From positions 47,606 to 111,605 of IMG/VR virus record IMGVR_UViG_2974496990_000001: a DNA stretch of 64,000 bases; one strand, written 5' to 3'. The notes beneath the pieces were generated by a model that saw only the letters and a program-made list of their open reading frames with translations, was not told the origin of the DNA and made no database searches. This document shows positions 9,275-17,571 of this stretch, one piece after another; position 1 is the stretch's first letter, and every line of letters begins with the position of its first letter. The position numbers and the translations under genes are program-made. Source of the stretch: a virus.

Positions 9275-9290
9275 TTTATTTCCTTTCAAA

Positions 9291-9506
9291 TTAAAGAGTA
9301 GAAGTTACTTGAACCAGATAATCACGCAGAGCCATAATATCACGCTTATCTAAAGCAATAATATCGGTGCCCTGTTTAATAGTCATAATAGCATTACGAG
9401 ATGTATCGTAAGTCTTTTTGATATTCAGACGGATATCATCGTCGCCATCATCATTATGGATTGTCGCGCCATAGCCATAACCCTCATAATTCAATCCGAC
9501 TTTCAT
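9291..9506 (-). CDS. Hypothetical protein
   Basis: 71 aa, IKQGTDIIALD motif shared with 9844..10053. Confidence 0.75.
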   Translation of the reverse strand: MKVGLNYEGYGYGATIHNDDGDDDIRLNIKKTYDTSRNAIMTIKQGTDIIALDKRDIMALRDYLVQVTSTL

Positions 9507-9781
9507 TTCAACTCACCTTTAGCCTTTGCTTCGTGGATTGCAGCCAGAACACTTGCATAGTTCTCTGGGTCACTTTTACGTACGATAGACACGCTATAAG
9601 GCATACTATCAATGTCTTTAATAAAACGCTCTAATTGGCAAGTCAGAAGAATTTCAGGATGAAACAAAGTGTACATCAAGTTGCCAGTTGCACCACGGTA
9701 TTGACAAATCTCTACAGATTGTTTACCTTCCCACTGACGTGTCAGGACTAAATCGCCTACTTCAAGTTTTGGAAAACCCAT
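9503..9781 (-). CDS. Hypothetical protein
   Basis: 92 aa, GAGG SD after an early promoter. Confidence 0.75.
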   Translation of the reverse strand: MGFPKLEVGDLVLTRQWEGKQSVEICQYRGATGNLMYTLFHPEILLTCQLERFIKDIDSMPYSVSIVRKSDPENYASVLAAIHEAKAKGELK

Positions 9782-9811
9782 TTCAATTTCCTCTCGTTTG
9801 TCTGTAGGAGT

Positions 9812-9841
9812 ATAATAACATGTCCTACAGACGTTGTAAAC
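9812..9841 (-). promoter_or_regulatory. Early promoter
   Basis: GTTTACA-N17-TATTAT. Confidence 0.85.
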
Positions 9842-9843
9842 AT

Positions 9844-10053
9844 TTAGCGGTTATGTTTTATGATTTGGTACAGAGCTTCGACCTGTTCTGCATCTAAAGC
9901 AATAGTATCATCACCTTGATGCATGATGATGCCATTTTTAACAGTATGCCATTCCGCAATTTCTAAATCGAGTTTGCCGTCAGACAAATCGCCTACTTCA
10001 GTTTTAACAATGATTACGCCGTCTTCAGAATCGCCATATGGATCGTATAACAT
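9844..10053 (-). CDS. Hypothetical protein
   Basis: Start at the TAATG overlap; MHQGDDTIALD motif. Confidence 0.7.
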   Translation of the reverse strand: MLYDPYGDSEDGVIIVKTEVGDLSDGKLDLEIAEWHTVKNGIIMHQGDDTIALDAEQVEALYQIIKHNR

Positions 10054-10310
10054 TATCTCATGCTCCTGTGCCAGCAATTACGTGGCTCACGTTTAAAAAT
10101 TTCATCATGCATTGATTGACACTTCACACAATACATGACGCCTTTTACCGCTAAACGTCGTGCTTCTGGAATCTTTTCATCACATTCATAGCAAAATTCC
10201 AGAGATTCACGATGTTCGTTAATTTGGCTTCGAGCATGAACTACTGCAGCCTGTACGACCGCAGCAATTTCATCCTGTTCAGCGCCATCTTTAGCAAATC
10301 CTACGGCCAT
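10053..10310 (-). CDS. DksA/TraR-family C4 zinc-finger protein
   Basis: CYECDEKIPEARRLAV...YCVKCQ matches the DksA/TraR zinc-finger pattern. Confidence 0.85.
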   Translation of the reverse strand: MAVGFAKDGAEQDEIAAVVQAAVVHARSQINEHRESLEFCYECDEKIPEARRLAVKGVMYCVKCQSMHDEIFKREPRNCWHRSMR

Positions 10311-10543
10311 TAGAGCTCCGGGAAACTGTTCAGAAGTTGTTTGAATCGAGACAGTTCGTCAAGTTTCATTTGACCACCACCAAAAGAAGACATACCATTG
10401 AATTTGAAAGAAGCACCAATAGCACGTCCTTCATGAATATCCATGGTAAGCAAAGTATTATCATGGCCGTTGTTGTACTCGATAGAGCGAGTTACACTGA
10501 TATGGTTTCCACCATGTTCTGCAATACGTTCGATAATTTCCAT
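10310..10543 (-). CDS. Hypothetical protein
   Basis: 77 aa, TAATG overlaps. Confidence 0.75.
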   Translation of the reverse strand: MEIIERIAEHGGNHISVTRSIEYNNGHDNTLLTMDIHEGRAIGASFKFNGMSSFGGGQMKLDELSRFKQLLNSFPEL

Positions 10544-10716
10544 TAGAGCCTCTCTATCATATCATGAAGACGTTGTTTCGCTTCAGCCATTTTCTCTTCG
10601 TGCTTTTTGGCTGTACCATGACCTTGCCAGCCTGCACCAAACTTAACCGATGCTTCTTGAAGCTCATAGACAAGTTTAATGAGCTCGACTTTAACGTTAG
10701 TAGGAACCATGTTCAT
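10543..10716 (-). CDS. Small helical protein (57 aa, not in the ORF track)
   Basis: MNMVPTNVKVELIKL...HDMIERL, TAATG overlaps at both ends. Confidence 0.7.
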   Translation of the reverse strand: MNMVPTNVKVELIKLVYELQEASVKFGAGWQGHGTAKKHEEKMAEAKQRLHDMIERL

Positions 10717-10985
10717 TATGCAATCCAGTCTTCAATAGCTTTAACCAGACGAAGTGCTTCACCACTACGCAGCCAATGATACTCTTCATCGATAAGAAGC
10801 AGTTTAGTACCGAGTGAAGCAGAAGTTTCTAGCCAGAAGCTGTAAGGAGCATTCACCGAATCATTATCAATGCAAATACCTATTTCGCCGATAGCAGGAA
10901 TGTACTTCAGGTTAAAAGTGACTTCGTCACCATCTTTATGAACGAGTTTGATTTCGCCAAAGCTACGAGACATTTGAATACTCAT
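10716..10985 (-). CDS. Hypothetical protein
   Basis: 89 aa, GGAG SD after an early promoter. Confidence 0.75.
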   Translation of the reverse strand: MSIQMSRSFGEIKLVHKDGDEVTFNLKYIPAIGEIGICIDNDSVNAPYSFWLETSASLGTKLLLIDEEYHWLRSGEALRLVKAIEDWIA

Positions 10986-11015
10986 TTCTTTACTCCAGTT
11001 CGTTAGTATAGGAAC

Positions 11016-11045
11016 ATCTTAACACAAACAAAACTGGATGTAAAC
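11016..11045 (-). promoter_or_regulatory. Early promoter
   Basis: GTTTACA-N17-TAAGAT. Confidence 0.75.
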
Positions 11046-11055
11046 ACTAAAACGA

Positions 11056-11083
11056 AAAAAGGGTCCCACCGAAGTAGGACCCT
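11056..11083 (-). terminator. Rho-independent terminator
   Basis: AGGGTCCTAC-TTCG-GTGGGACCC followed by a T run. Confidence 0.85.
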
Positions 11084-11087
11084 GTAA

Positions 11088-11471
11088 TTATTCTAACGTT
11101 AACAGATACTTAGTCTGGTAGGCAAGACCAGCTATTTCATCCAAGACCGCCTGTAAGGCACGTGGACATACCGAGTATGCTGCATCAGTTTTCTCTATGA
11201 TTGTGTCCAGAAAAACAATTGTATCTTTAGGCATCTGTCCCATGTCAGGCAGATTTGCGATATATGGTTGTCCGCTATAACCTAACCATTGTTCACTGAA
11301 TGTATCAGTAAGGTCTCTGATACCGTTATAGTAAAAATCATAAGCTTTGTGTCGAGCGTAACTTTTGGTTTCAAGATGGGCTGACTTAATATAAGCTGAC
11401 GAGGCTAAAAGCCAACCAATGTACTCGTCAATTTTATTGCCAGGTCCTTTAACAAAGTCGTTAAATGTCAT
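11088..11471 (-). CDS. rI.-1: rI.-1-like protein (helical, ferritin-like)
   Basis: AHLETKSYARHKAYD motif; position just downstream of rI. Confidence 0.7.
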   Translation of the reverse strand: MTFNDFVKGPGNKIDEYIGWLLASSAYIKSAHLETKSYARHKAYDFYYNGIRDLTDTFSEQWLGYSGQPYIANLPDMGQMPKDTIVFLDTIIEKTDAAYSVCPRALQAVLDEIAGLAYQTKYLLTLE

Positions 11472-11751
11472 TGTCTAACTTAACCTTATTTACCGTAGCA
11501 TACGCAATCCCAGCAGATTGGCCATCTAATGTACATTCGTTTGATAGACACGATTCATTATCGGCTTTCCATCTTTGATTAACAAATGATAGAAACTTCT
11601 GAGACTCTTTGACACTCGGCTCTTCAAACTGTTTGTAGATTTGTAAGGCACCCTCAACATAACTGTTGTAATCTCGTTCTGTTGCCTGTGCTACTGGGGT
11701 TATACAAACCCCGACCAAAATGGCGGTTGAACAAATCTTAATAAGGTCCAT
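11461..11751 (-). CDS. rI: Antiholin, lysis inhibition regulator RI
   Basis: N-terminal signal/SAR segment, YVEGALQIY, about 97 aa, T4 synteny. Confidence 0.8.
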   Translation of the reverse strand: MDLIKICSTAILVGVCITPVAQATERDYNSYVEGALQIYKQFEEPSVKESQKFLSFVNQRWKADNESCLSNECTLDGQSAGIAYATVNKVKLDNDI

Positions 11752-11761
11752 AATCGGACTC

Positions 11762-11980
11762 CTATTGATTTAAAACATTCCTTTTCGCTGTCAGGACAGC
11801 CTTAACTTTAGTGAGGTACTTTTCCAGTAAACGTTGATGTACATAGTCGGCTTTGGCTCCATTCTGTTCAAAGGAATGTTTTGCAGAGCCGATAGAGGTA
11901 CCAACTTCACGACGGATTTCATCGAGAGATTCAACGGACAGATTACGGAGTTGTTTTTCAGTCAAATACTGCATATACAC
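11762..11980 (-). CDS. rI.1: rI.1 protein
   Basis: LTEKQLRNLSVESLDEIRRE resembles T4 rI.1; synteny. Confidence 0.75.
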   Translation of the reverse strand: MYMQYLTEKQLRNLSVESLDEIRREVGTSIGSAKHSFEQNGAKADYVHQRLLEKYLTKVKAVLTAKRNVLNQ

Positions 11981-12035
11981 CTCTTAGTTAGTCATAGGTA
12001 TTTATTATGAGGTACAAGTGTACCTCGATTTAGCT

Positions 12036-12419
12036 TTAGTCCCACAACATCAACGCAATACCTTTCTCGTTTTTGCGAGCGGCCTTTTCGTCCCAGTTGT
12101 AGTCAGTGTCGCTTCTCAGCGAGTTTTTGATTTCCATCTTGTGGAATACACGTGGAATCGGTGAAGCATAGCGCATCCAGCGCAGAGTCTTCCAGAATGA
12201 ATCACGATGACGTTCTTTCATCATAGAAGCAAGCTCTGACGGTCTTTCCTTGTTTTGTGCAATTTGCTTATCAACATATTTCTGTTGATGTTCTTTGTCT
12301 TTCTTGGTTTTAACGTATTCGGTATAGCGTTTGATATAAGCGAATTCGTTATTTTTCTGGTCGTGCCACTTAGAAGAAGTAGTTACGTGCCAGCCTTTAC
12401 GACGGATAGTTCTTGACAT
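12036..12419 (-). CDS. Basic hypothetical protein
   Basis: 127-aa K/R-rich ORF between tk and rI.1. Confidence 0.75.
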   Translation of the reverse strand: MSRTIRRKGWHVTTSSKWHDQKNNEFAYIKRYTEYVKTKKDKEHQQKYVDKQIAQNKERPSELASMMKERHRDSFWKTLRWMRYASPIPRVFHKMEIKNSLRSDTDYNWDEKAARKNEKGIALMLWD

Positions 12420-12476
12420 TTTATCACCTTTGAGTTAAGTAAGCTCAACGGTAATAGAATCCTGATTTGAAAAATT

Positions 12477-13055
12477 TCATACACCCACCAGTTCGCACCA
12501 ATGTTTTCGACACAACGAGACATATTTGTCTTCGCCACCTAACTCGACCTGAGCACCTTCAGTTACGGCAGAGCCATCTTCTCTGATACGTGCAACCATT
12601 GTAGCTTTACGTCCACAATGACATACACCTTTCAATTCTACCAACTTATCGGCTACAGCAAGTAAAGCCTTAGAACCTTCAAAAAGATTGCCTTTAAAAT
12701 CCGTACGTAAGCCGTAGCACATCACAGGCGTATTATAAAGGTCTACTATTTTACACAGTTGGAAGACTTGTTCAGATTCAAGGAACTGAGCCTCATCAAT
12801 CATGACACAATGAATATCACGCTGTGTATGGGCCCATTTAAAGAATTCAAGAAGGTCCATACCAGGTTTAATGATATTTGCTTCCTGTTTCAGGCCGATA
12901 CGTGATACAATTTCAGAGGATGAATCACGGTCATCTATTGCAGGCTTCATTACTAAGGTGCCCATACCACGCTCTTTATAGTTATTAGCATGTGACAGCA
13001 AAGCCAGAGATTTACCGGCATTCATACTTGCGTAATGAAAATAAAGTTGTGACAT
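12477..13055 (-). CDS. tk: Thymidine kinase
   Basis: YASMNAGKS, IDEAQF, CYGLRTDF and Zn-site CHCGRKA...CRKH motifs. Confidence 0.97.
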   Translation of the reverse strand: MSQLYFHYASMNAGKSLALLSHANNYKERGMGTLVMKPAIDDRDSSSEIVSRIGLKQEANIIKPGMDLLEFFKWAHTQRDIHCVMIDEAQFLESEQVFQLCKIVDLYNTPVMCYGLRTDFKGNLFEGSKALLAVADKLVELKGVCHCGRKATMVARIREDGSAVTEGAQVELGGEDKYVSLCRKHWCELVGV

Positions 13056-13063
13056 AATGTTCC

Positions 13064-13249
13064 TTAAGCCATAATGCTTTCTAAATATTGTTCTAGTTGT
13101 TCACGAAGATTATCGACTTCTTGCTCGTCTTCTTCTTTACTTGCACGAGAAGCAGACCAATTAGACTCAGACCACGTTGCGGCGGCTTGAGCAATACGCA
13201 TTTCGTCTGCTAGCCAGAAGATATGTTCTTTCTGCTCTTTAGTAATCAT
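13064..13249 (-). CDS. Small hypothetical protein (tk.x)
   Basis: 61-aa helical ORF. Confidence 0.7.
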   Translation of the reverse strand: MITKEQKEHIFWLADEMRIAQAAATWSESNWSASRASKEEDEQEVDNLREQLEQYLESIMA

Positions 13250-13418
13250 ATTCTATACCATCCATAGCAAGAATATGTTTACGTTGCTTGTCAAGAGCTG
13301 CCCGAGCTTTATCGTAATCTTCTTGTGACCCGTTAGGTTGTAAAGAGGCGACCTTTTTAGCTAAATGGATAAGCTTATCAATTTGCTCTACGATGTAGCA
13401 CTGTTCTTCATCCGACAT
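13239..13418 (-). CDS. Small hypothetical protein (tk.x)
   Basis: About 59 aa; start MSDEEQ or the upstream ATG at 13424. Confidence 0.65.
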   Translation of the reverse strand: MSDEEQCYIVEQIDKLIHLAKKVASLQPNGSQEDYDKARAALDKQRKHILAMDGIEYDY

Positions 13419-13423
13419 GTCCA

Positions 13424-13879
13424 TTAGTTACCGTCCCAATCAACAATAATGATATTCAGATTAGGAGTGAACATATCAATCAGAACTGATACCTTTTCCC
13501 AATCACCACCGGCAATACCACAACCAATACGAGGCATGTATATAAATGGAGGAGTTATCATATTGGAACCCCACTCATTTAATAGTATCATACAATTTAC
13601 TAAAGCACCATAATCGAGATTTCGGCCTGGTTCATGTTGGGTATAAAGATTGAAGCAAATTTGATTAAATTCACCTGTCGCTCTTGTATAAGTACCAAGT
13701 TTATTTGAATCCCCAGGCCAAGACGTAGATTTGTCAATAGCTAGAATAGGTGGATAAGCTTCGGCTAATTGTCCGGCTACACCAGCGCCCATTTGTTGAA
13801 AGCAGTTACATCCATGAGCAATATTACTGCCAGTCATGAACATATTCACTAAATTACCAGTGATGTATTTGGTTATCAT
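13424..13879 (-). CDS. tk.4: Macro-domain protein (ADP-ribose binding/hydrolase), Tk.4-like
   Basis: HGCNCFQQMGAGVA and PRIGCGIAGGDW macrodomain motifs. Confidence 0.88.
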   Translation of the reverse strand: MITKYITGNLVNMFMTGSNIAHGCNCFQQMGAGVAGQLAEAYPPILAIDKSTSWPGDSNKLGTYTRATGEFNQICFNLYTQHEPGRNLDYGALVNCMILLNEWGSNMITPPFIYMPRIGCGIAGGDWEKVSVLIDMFTPNLNIIIVDWDGN

Positions 13880-14223
13880 TTAGAATTCAATCCACGGTTA
13901 TAAGAATCGACTAGTCTGTCAACCATTGATTCACAGACCGATTTATATTTTTCATCTGAAGGAATACATTCAGTAGTTAAAAGGCGGTCTTCGTAACGTT
14001 TAGATAATGTCCCTTCTCTAAAACGAGAACGGGAATCCATTTGACCATCTTTATACGCAACTATGACCTGGCTACTGAATTCGCTTATGCATTGTGTATT
14101 CTTAGGTGCGCAATAATCTTTAGCAGTTCTGTTCGCGTAGTCAATAATTTCTGACATATCGGTTGATGCTGAAACTCCCAAACTGAGTGTTAACCCCAAA
14201 GCTAAAGTTATCTGCTTTAACAT
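13876..14223 (-). CDS. vs: Valyl-tRNA synthetase modifier Vs
   Basis: YANRTAKDYC...MVDRLVDSYNRGL matches T4 Vs. Confidence 0.88.
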   Translation of the reverse strand: MLKQITLALGLTLSLGVSASTDMSEIIDYANRTAKDYCAPKNTQCISEFSSQVIVAYKDGQMDSRSRFREGTLSKRYEDRLLTTECIPSDEKYKSVCESMVDRLVDSYNRGLNSK

Positions 14224-14775
14224 TTATTCCACCGTTTGATGTAACATTTTGCGTGATTTTAGATAATTAGCTTTTTCAAGAACTTGTGATGCATATTTGT
14301 TACCTGCTTTCACATTCCATCCTGCGTTGTATGAAGAAATAGCCTTTCTCATATCACCTTTGTGCACGTTTAACCAGTAAGATAATTCGATATAAGCCCA
14401 GGAAGCGCTATTAGAGCGTTTCTTGACCATTCTGATTATCTCTTTGTCTGACATGTTCCATCCAACCTGGTTGACCCTGTTACGTAGGGTTGGCAGGTAA
14501 TTTTGGAACATACCGTATGCATGATGTTTCTGTTTTTGCATACCTGTATTTAAGCCAGCTGATGATTCTTGCCAAACCAAGGCAGCCATGATATATCCCA
14601 AACCATTATTGTCATAACGGCTTTCGTGCTCTTTGAACTTACCCGACTTCTGGTATTGTTCACCAAAAGCATACGCATAATGTAAATTATCGAGTTGTTC
14701 ATTACTGAAAGTAGGCTCTACGCTATGGGCAGACATACTTGCTGTCAATAGTAAGGCAGCTAATACTTTTTTCAT
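14224..14775 (-). CDS. vs.1: Vs.1, lytic transglycosylase (SLT)-like secreted protein
   Basis: Signal peptide, WQESSAG, YGMFQ, AISSYNAG. Confidence 0.88.
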   Translation of the reverse strand: MKKVLAALLLTASMSAHSVEPTFSNEQLDNLHYAYAFGEQYQKSGKFKEHESRYDNNGLGYIMAALVWQESSAGLNTGMQKQKHHAYGMFQNYLPTLRNRVNQVGWNMSDKEIIRMVKKRSNSASWAYIELSYWLNVHKGDMRKAISSYNAGWNVKAGNKYASQVLEKANYLKSRKMLHQTVE

Positions 14776-14785
14776 GAATTTTCCT

Positions 14786-15244
14786 TTAAATTAAATCGAT
14801 TACCTTTGTGCTGATTTTTCCTTCAAGACGACGATTGTTAATAAAAGCCATACGGCAGCACAGAGATGGCAGGCGTCCAGGAGTTGGACGATCTACTGTC
14901 ATTCCTAGCCATAAATTACGGTCTGTAATTTCCAGACGTAATGGACGATACTCTACACCTTCCACTTTGTCATCTTCGACATCAGGCAAGGCTGGGAGTT
15001 TGAGGAACTCTACAACGGTAGTGACATGGTTGTGGAGCAATTTGAACAGAGTAAAGACGTATTGCTCATCGATTTCACGTTGGATAGCACGGTCCAAGAG
15101 GTGTGGGCTGTACTTTACAAAAAAGCGTTCAACGCCATTTGCAGCACAAGATGTAGCAATTGTTTTGTTGATTTCTGCAAACTCGGTCTCAAAGACACGA
15201 CGCAGTTTGTTACGACGAATGTAAACGCTAGAATCAATAGACAT
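14786..15244 (-). CDS. regB: Site-specific endoribonuclease RegB
   Basis: IRRNKLRR...HLLDRAIQREIDE...RLEITD.NLWLG matches T4 RegB. Confidence 0.93.
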   Translation of the reverse strand: MSIDSSVYIRRNKLRRVFETEFAEINKTIATSCAANGVERFFVKYSPHLLDRAIQREIDEQYVFTLFKLLHNHVTTVVEFLKLPALPDVEDDKVEGVEYRPLRLEITDRNLWLGMTVDRPTPGRLPSLCCRMAFINNRRLEGKISTKVIDLI

Positions 15245-15271
15245 TTTTATCTCCTTTTAGTGTGTAAAGTG

Positions 15272-15301
15272 ATAGTAACACAACTAAAAGGAGATGTAAA
15301 C
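15272..15301 (-). promoter_or_regulatory. Early promoter of regB
   Basis: GTTTACA-N17-TACTAT. Confidence 0.85.
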
Positions 15302-15303
15302 AC

Positions 15304-15558
15304 TTAAGGATAGAACGGAGTCAAAGACCAAGATTCTTTAGAAACTTTGTCGGCGAAAGCCATCATTTCTTCGATTTGACGCAGACGTTGGTCCGCATAA
15401 TCTTCTTCACCTTCTTCCTTACATGCTTCAAGGTCTTCTTCGAGATATTTCAAGTACTCGTTACAAATCTTGTTGACCTTTTCTTGAAAGTCCATCAGAC
15501 CCGCTACAGTGCTCATCAGTATTTCTCTTCTGGCTGGAAAACTGCACGGCATGCCCAC
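15304..15558 (-). CDS. Acidic hypothetical protein (vs.3 position)
   Basis: 84-aa ORF; true start may be the internal MSTVAG. Confidence 0.65.
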   Translation of the reverse strand: MGMPCSFPARREILMSTVAGLMDFQEKVNKICNEYLKYLEEDLEACKEEGEEDYADQRLRQIEEMMAFADKVSKESWSLTPFYP

Positions 15559-15791
15559 ATAGAGGCTTCTTTCAGTTTCTCTTTAGCGATACGCATAGCA
15601 TCACAGGCAGACAGAGCTTGGTCTAGTTCATTCTCGGACAAGCCTTCGCTGTTGACATAGACTTCAGTGAGCTCTTCGTCTAGGGTTTTAAAAATTAGAC
15701 CAAGACGAACTTCAGCATCTTTGATAGCATTTACTTTACCGATTTTATCTTCGGTATGTGGACGATAACCCTTAATATCTTCAATTGACAT
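15516..15791 (-). CDS. acb2: Anti-CBASS cyclic-nucleotide sponge Acb2 (T4 Vs.4 homologue)
   Basis: IEDIKGYRPHTEDKIGKVNAIKDAEVRLG...KLKEASMWACRAVFQPEEKY is near-identical to recalled T4 Vs.4. Confidence 0.9.
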   Translation of the reverse strand: MSIEDIKGYRPHTEDKIGKVNAIKDAEVRLGLIFKTLDEELTEVYVNSEGLSENELDQALSACDAMRIAKEKLKEASMWACRAVFQPEEKY

Positions 15792-16020
15792 AAGGCACCT
15801 CTTCATCGGTTTCTTTATCATATTCGACCAAGCGAATAGGTTCATTCACACCATAACCACGAGTAGAAATATAAGTGGTAGCATCTTCCCACTTCATAGT
15901 TTCTTCGTTCCAGACACCATTCTGGTGAGCTTCCATAAAGTCTTGCTCACCTTGGTTACTGAACCAAGCACAAAATGATTCCACTAAATGTGGCGCGCAT
16001 TCGATAATAATTTTCGCCAT
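15781..16020 (-). CDS. Hypothetical protein (vs.5-like)
   Basis: MAKIIIE...FSNQGEQ, GGAG SD. Confidence 0.7.
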   Translation of the reverse strand: MAKIIIECAPHLVESFCAWFSNQGEQDFMEAHQNGVWNEETMKWEDATTYISTRGYGVNEPIRLVEYDKETDEEVPYVN

Positions 16021-16334
16021 GTTGGCTCCAAACAAATAATCTTACGATCGTAAGTGATAAGGCTTGAAGTTTTGATACCCTTACAAGGGCCAGAGATAAA
16101 CTCTACTTCAAACCACGGATGCTCATTCATCAGACCAAGGTCTGGTGCTGTGCAAGTGAATAATGAGCCCTTAAAAGGCCCATCTAAAAATCGATGAAGA
16201 CGAGGAGGCAAATGAGTTTTGCCTGAGAAATTAATATGAGCCAGCTTAATTAGTATCTCAACGTTGCATTTACCCGAATCAATAAAGAAACGGAGCCATT
16301 CAGAAGCATTTTTAAAGCCCATATAATTCATCAT
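15984..16334 (-). CDS. Hypothetical protein (vs.7 position)
   Basis: 116-aa ORF in the operon. Confidence 0.65.
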   Translation of the reverse strand: MMNYMGFKNASEWLRFFIDSGKCNVEILIKLAHINFSGKTHLPPRLHRFLDGPFKGSLFTCTAPDLGLMNEHPWFEVEFISGPCKGIKTSSLITYDRKIICLEPTWRKLLSNARHI

Positions 16335-16852
16335 TGTATTCCCATCACAAAGAAAAGAGGATATTTGGCGCCACTTGTACGGGTAGCCAGTTTTACGTTG
16401 TCTTCATACGCCTTATAGAACTTGTAGATTTCAGGCATCTTTGAACAAGGTTCATCAATTATAACTAAGACACGTGAAAGCGAAGTACCACGATAAGGTC
16501 TGTCGCCAGAATCAGACAGGAAGCTACGCATTGAATGCGAAAATATTTGCAGTGGATTTATTTTAACATACTTATGCATGCATTTAATACGAATACGGTC
16601 TTCTGTCGCTTTAGCATAAGAGCTATTATAAGCCAAACAAATTACTGTACCACCTTCGTCAATCCAATCTGCAGCAAATAATGCTACGGCCTCGGTTTTA
16701 CCGGTTTGGCGCCCTGCATCAAGACGAAGTGTACAATATTCTTGCATATTTGCTATACGGTCTTGTTCGTATTTTTGATTACTTAAAACATCGTCAGCAT
16801 GGGCATGAAACGCATGCATCAGGGTCAAGTATGGAGCTGTAAGATATTTCAT
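16331..16852 (-). CDS. vs.8: Vs.8-like P-loop protein
   Basis: LRLDAGRQTGKT Walker A-like and VIIDEP Walker B-like; start moved to MKYLTAP. Confidence 0.7.
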   Translation of the reverse strand: MKYLTAPYLTLMHAFHAHADDVLSNQKYEQDRIANMQEYCTLRLDAGRQTGKTEAVALFAADWIDEGGTVICLAYNSSYAKATEDRIRIKCMHKYVKINPLQIFSHSMRSFLSDSGDRPYRGTSLSRVLVIIDEPCSKMPEIYKFYKAYEDNVKLATRTSGAKYPLFFVMGIQ

Positions 16853-17124
16853 TTTTAGATTCTCGGTTGGCGGGCCATTCCTTGGCACATTATGGTCCAT
16901 TCGATACCACGTGTAAACCCCTTACCGTCGCGGACTGGCCTTATTACAGGCGGGAAAGGCCCATCTAATGAGAGGGTTGGTTCACCTTTTTTACAGCCAT
17001 CGTGATTGATGGGACCCTGATTGTAACTGGCTTTACCGCGCTTGGGCTCGACCTTTTTACAGGTACCAGAAGCTGCTTCACTCAGAGGACACGACGTTCA
17101 TGAGGAGAGGCCCAGGTTAGCTTT
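16853..17124 (-). ncRNA. Candidate structured RNA or long leader between denV and vs.8
   Basis: 272-nt GC-rich gap with several hairpins and a duplicated 30-nt motif. Confidence 0.5.
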
Positions 17125-17541
17125 TTAGGCATAGATAGCTACGCCATAATGTTTATACCACTGAGGCTTTTGAGCAATTTTTTCATCCAGACGTTCCTGA
17201 GACAAACGAAGAGCACGATTGTTTGGAATATAATCGTTGCGCCATTCAGCCGGAATGTCAGAGATATCCTGGACCGTAGTGTCCGAGATTTTGAAACCAC
17301 GTTTTAAGCATTCAGCAATTAACTCAATTTGACGTTTATGCAAGAACTCGAGTTTATTGTAGAAGAAAGTGACATGACCAGAACCCAAGATGAAGAACTC
17401 AGAGATTTTGAAGTCACGAACCTTTTTACCATTTTGAACATGCTTACGAACGGCACCAAACACACGAGGCAATTCACGATACTCAGCCATCAAGTGTTGG
17501 TCTGCAAGTTCAGAAACGAGAGTTAAGTTAATACGTGTCAT
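17125..17541 (-). CDS. denV: Endonuclease V, pyrimidine-dimer DNA glycosylase
   Basis: MTRINL...[14 protein letters not shown]; 138 aa from the SD-supported start. Confidence 0.96.
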   Translation of the reverse strand: MTRINLTLVSELADQHLMAEYRELPRVFGAVRKHVQNGKKVRDFKISEFFILGSGHVTFFYNKLEFLHKRQIELIAECLKRGFKISDTTVQDISDIPAEWRNDYIPNNRALRLSQERLDEKIAQKPQWYKHYGVAIYA

Positions 17542-17571
17542 TTTAGTAGTCTCCATGTTTTGTTGAAGACT

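Noticed and set aside
16853-16900. Longer vs.8 start (MDHNVP...) given by the ORF track
   Set aside because: Similarity to recalled T4 Vs.8 begins at MKYLTAP, and the extension lies inside the structured region
16922-17063. Twister, pistol or c-di-GMP-I assignment for the duplicated motif
   Set aside because: Only fragmentary resemblance (GCCCAAGC, GUAAA loops); the required cores were not found by eye
16855-17097. An 81-codon stop-free frame across the denV-vs.8 gap, in frame with denV
   Set aside because: No ATG with an SD near its start, and two stops separate it from denV; the RNA-structure explanation fits better, though translation is not excluded
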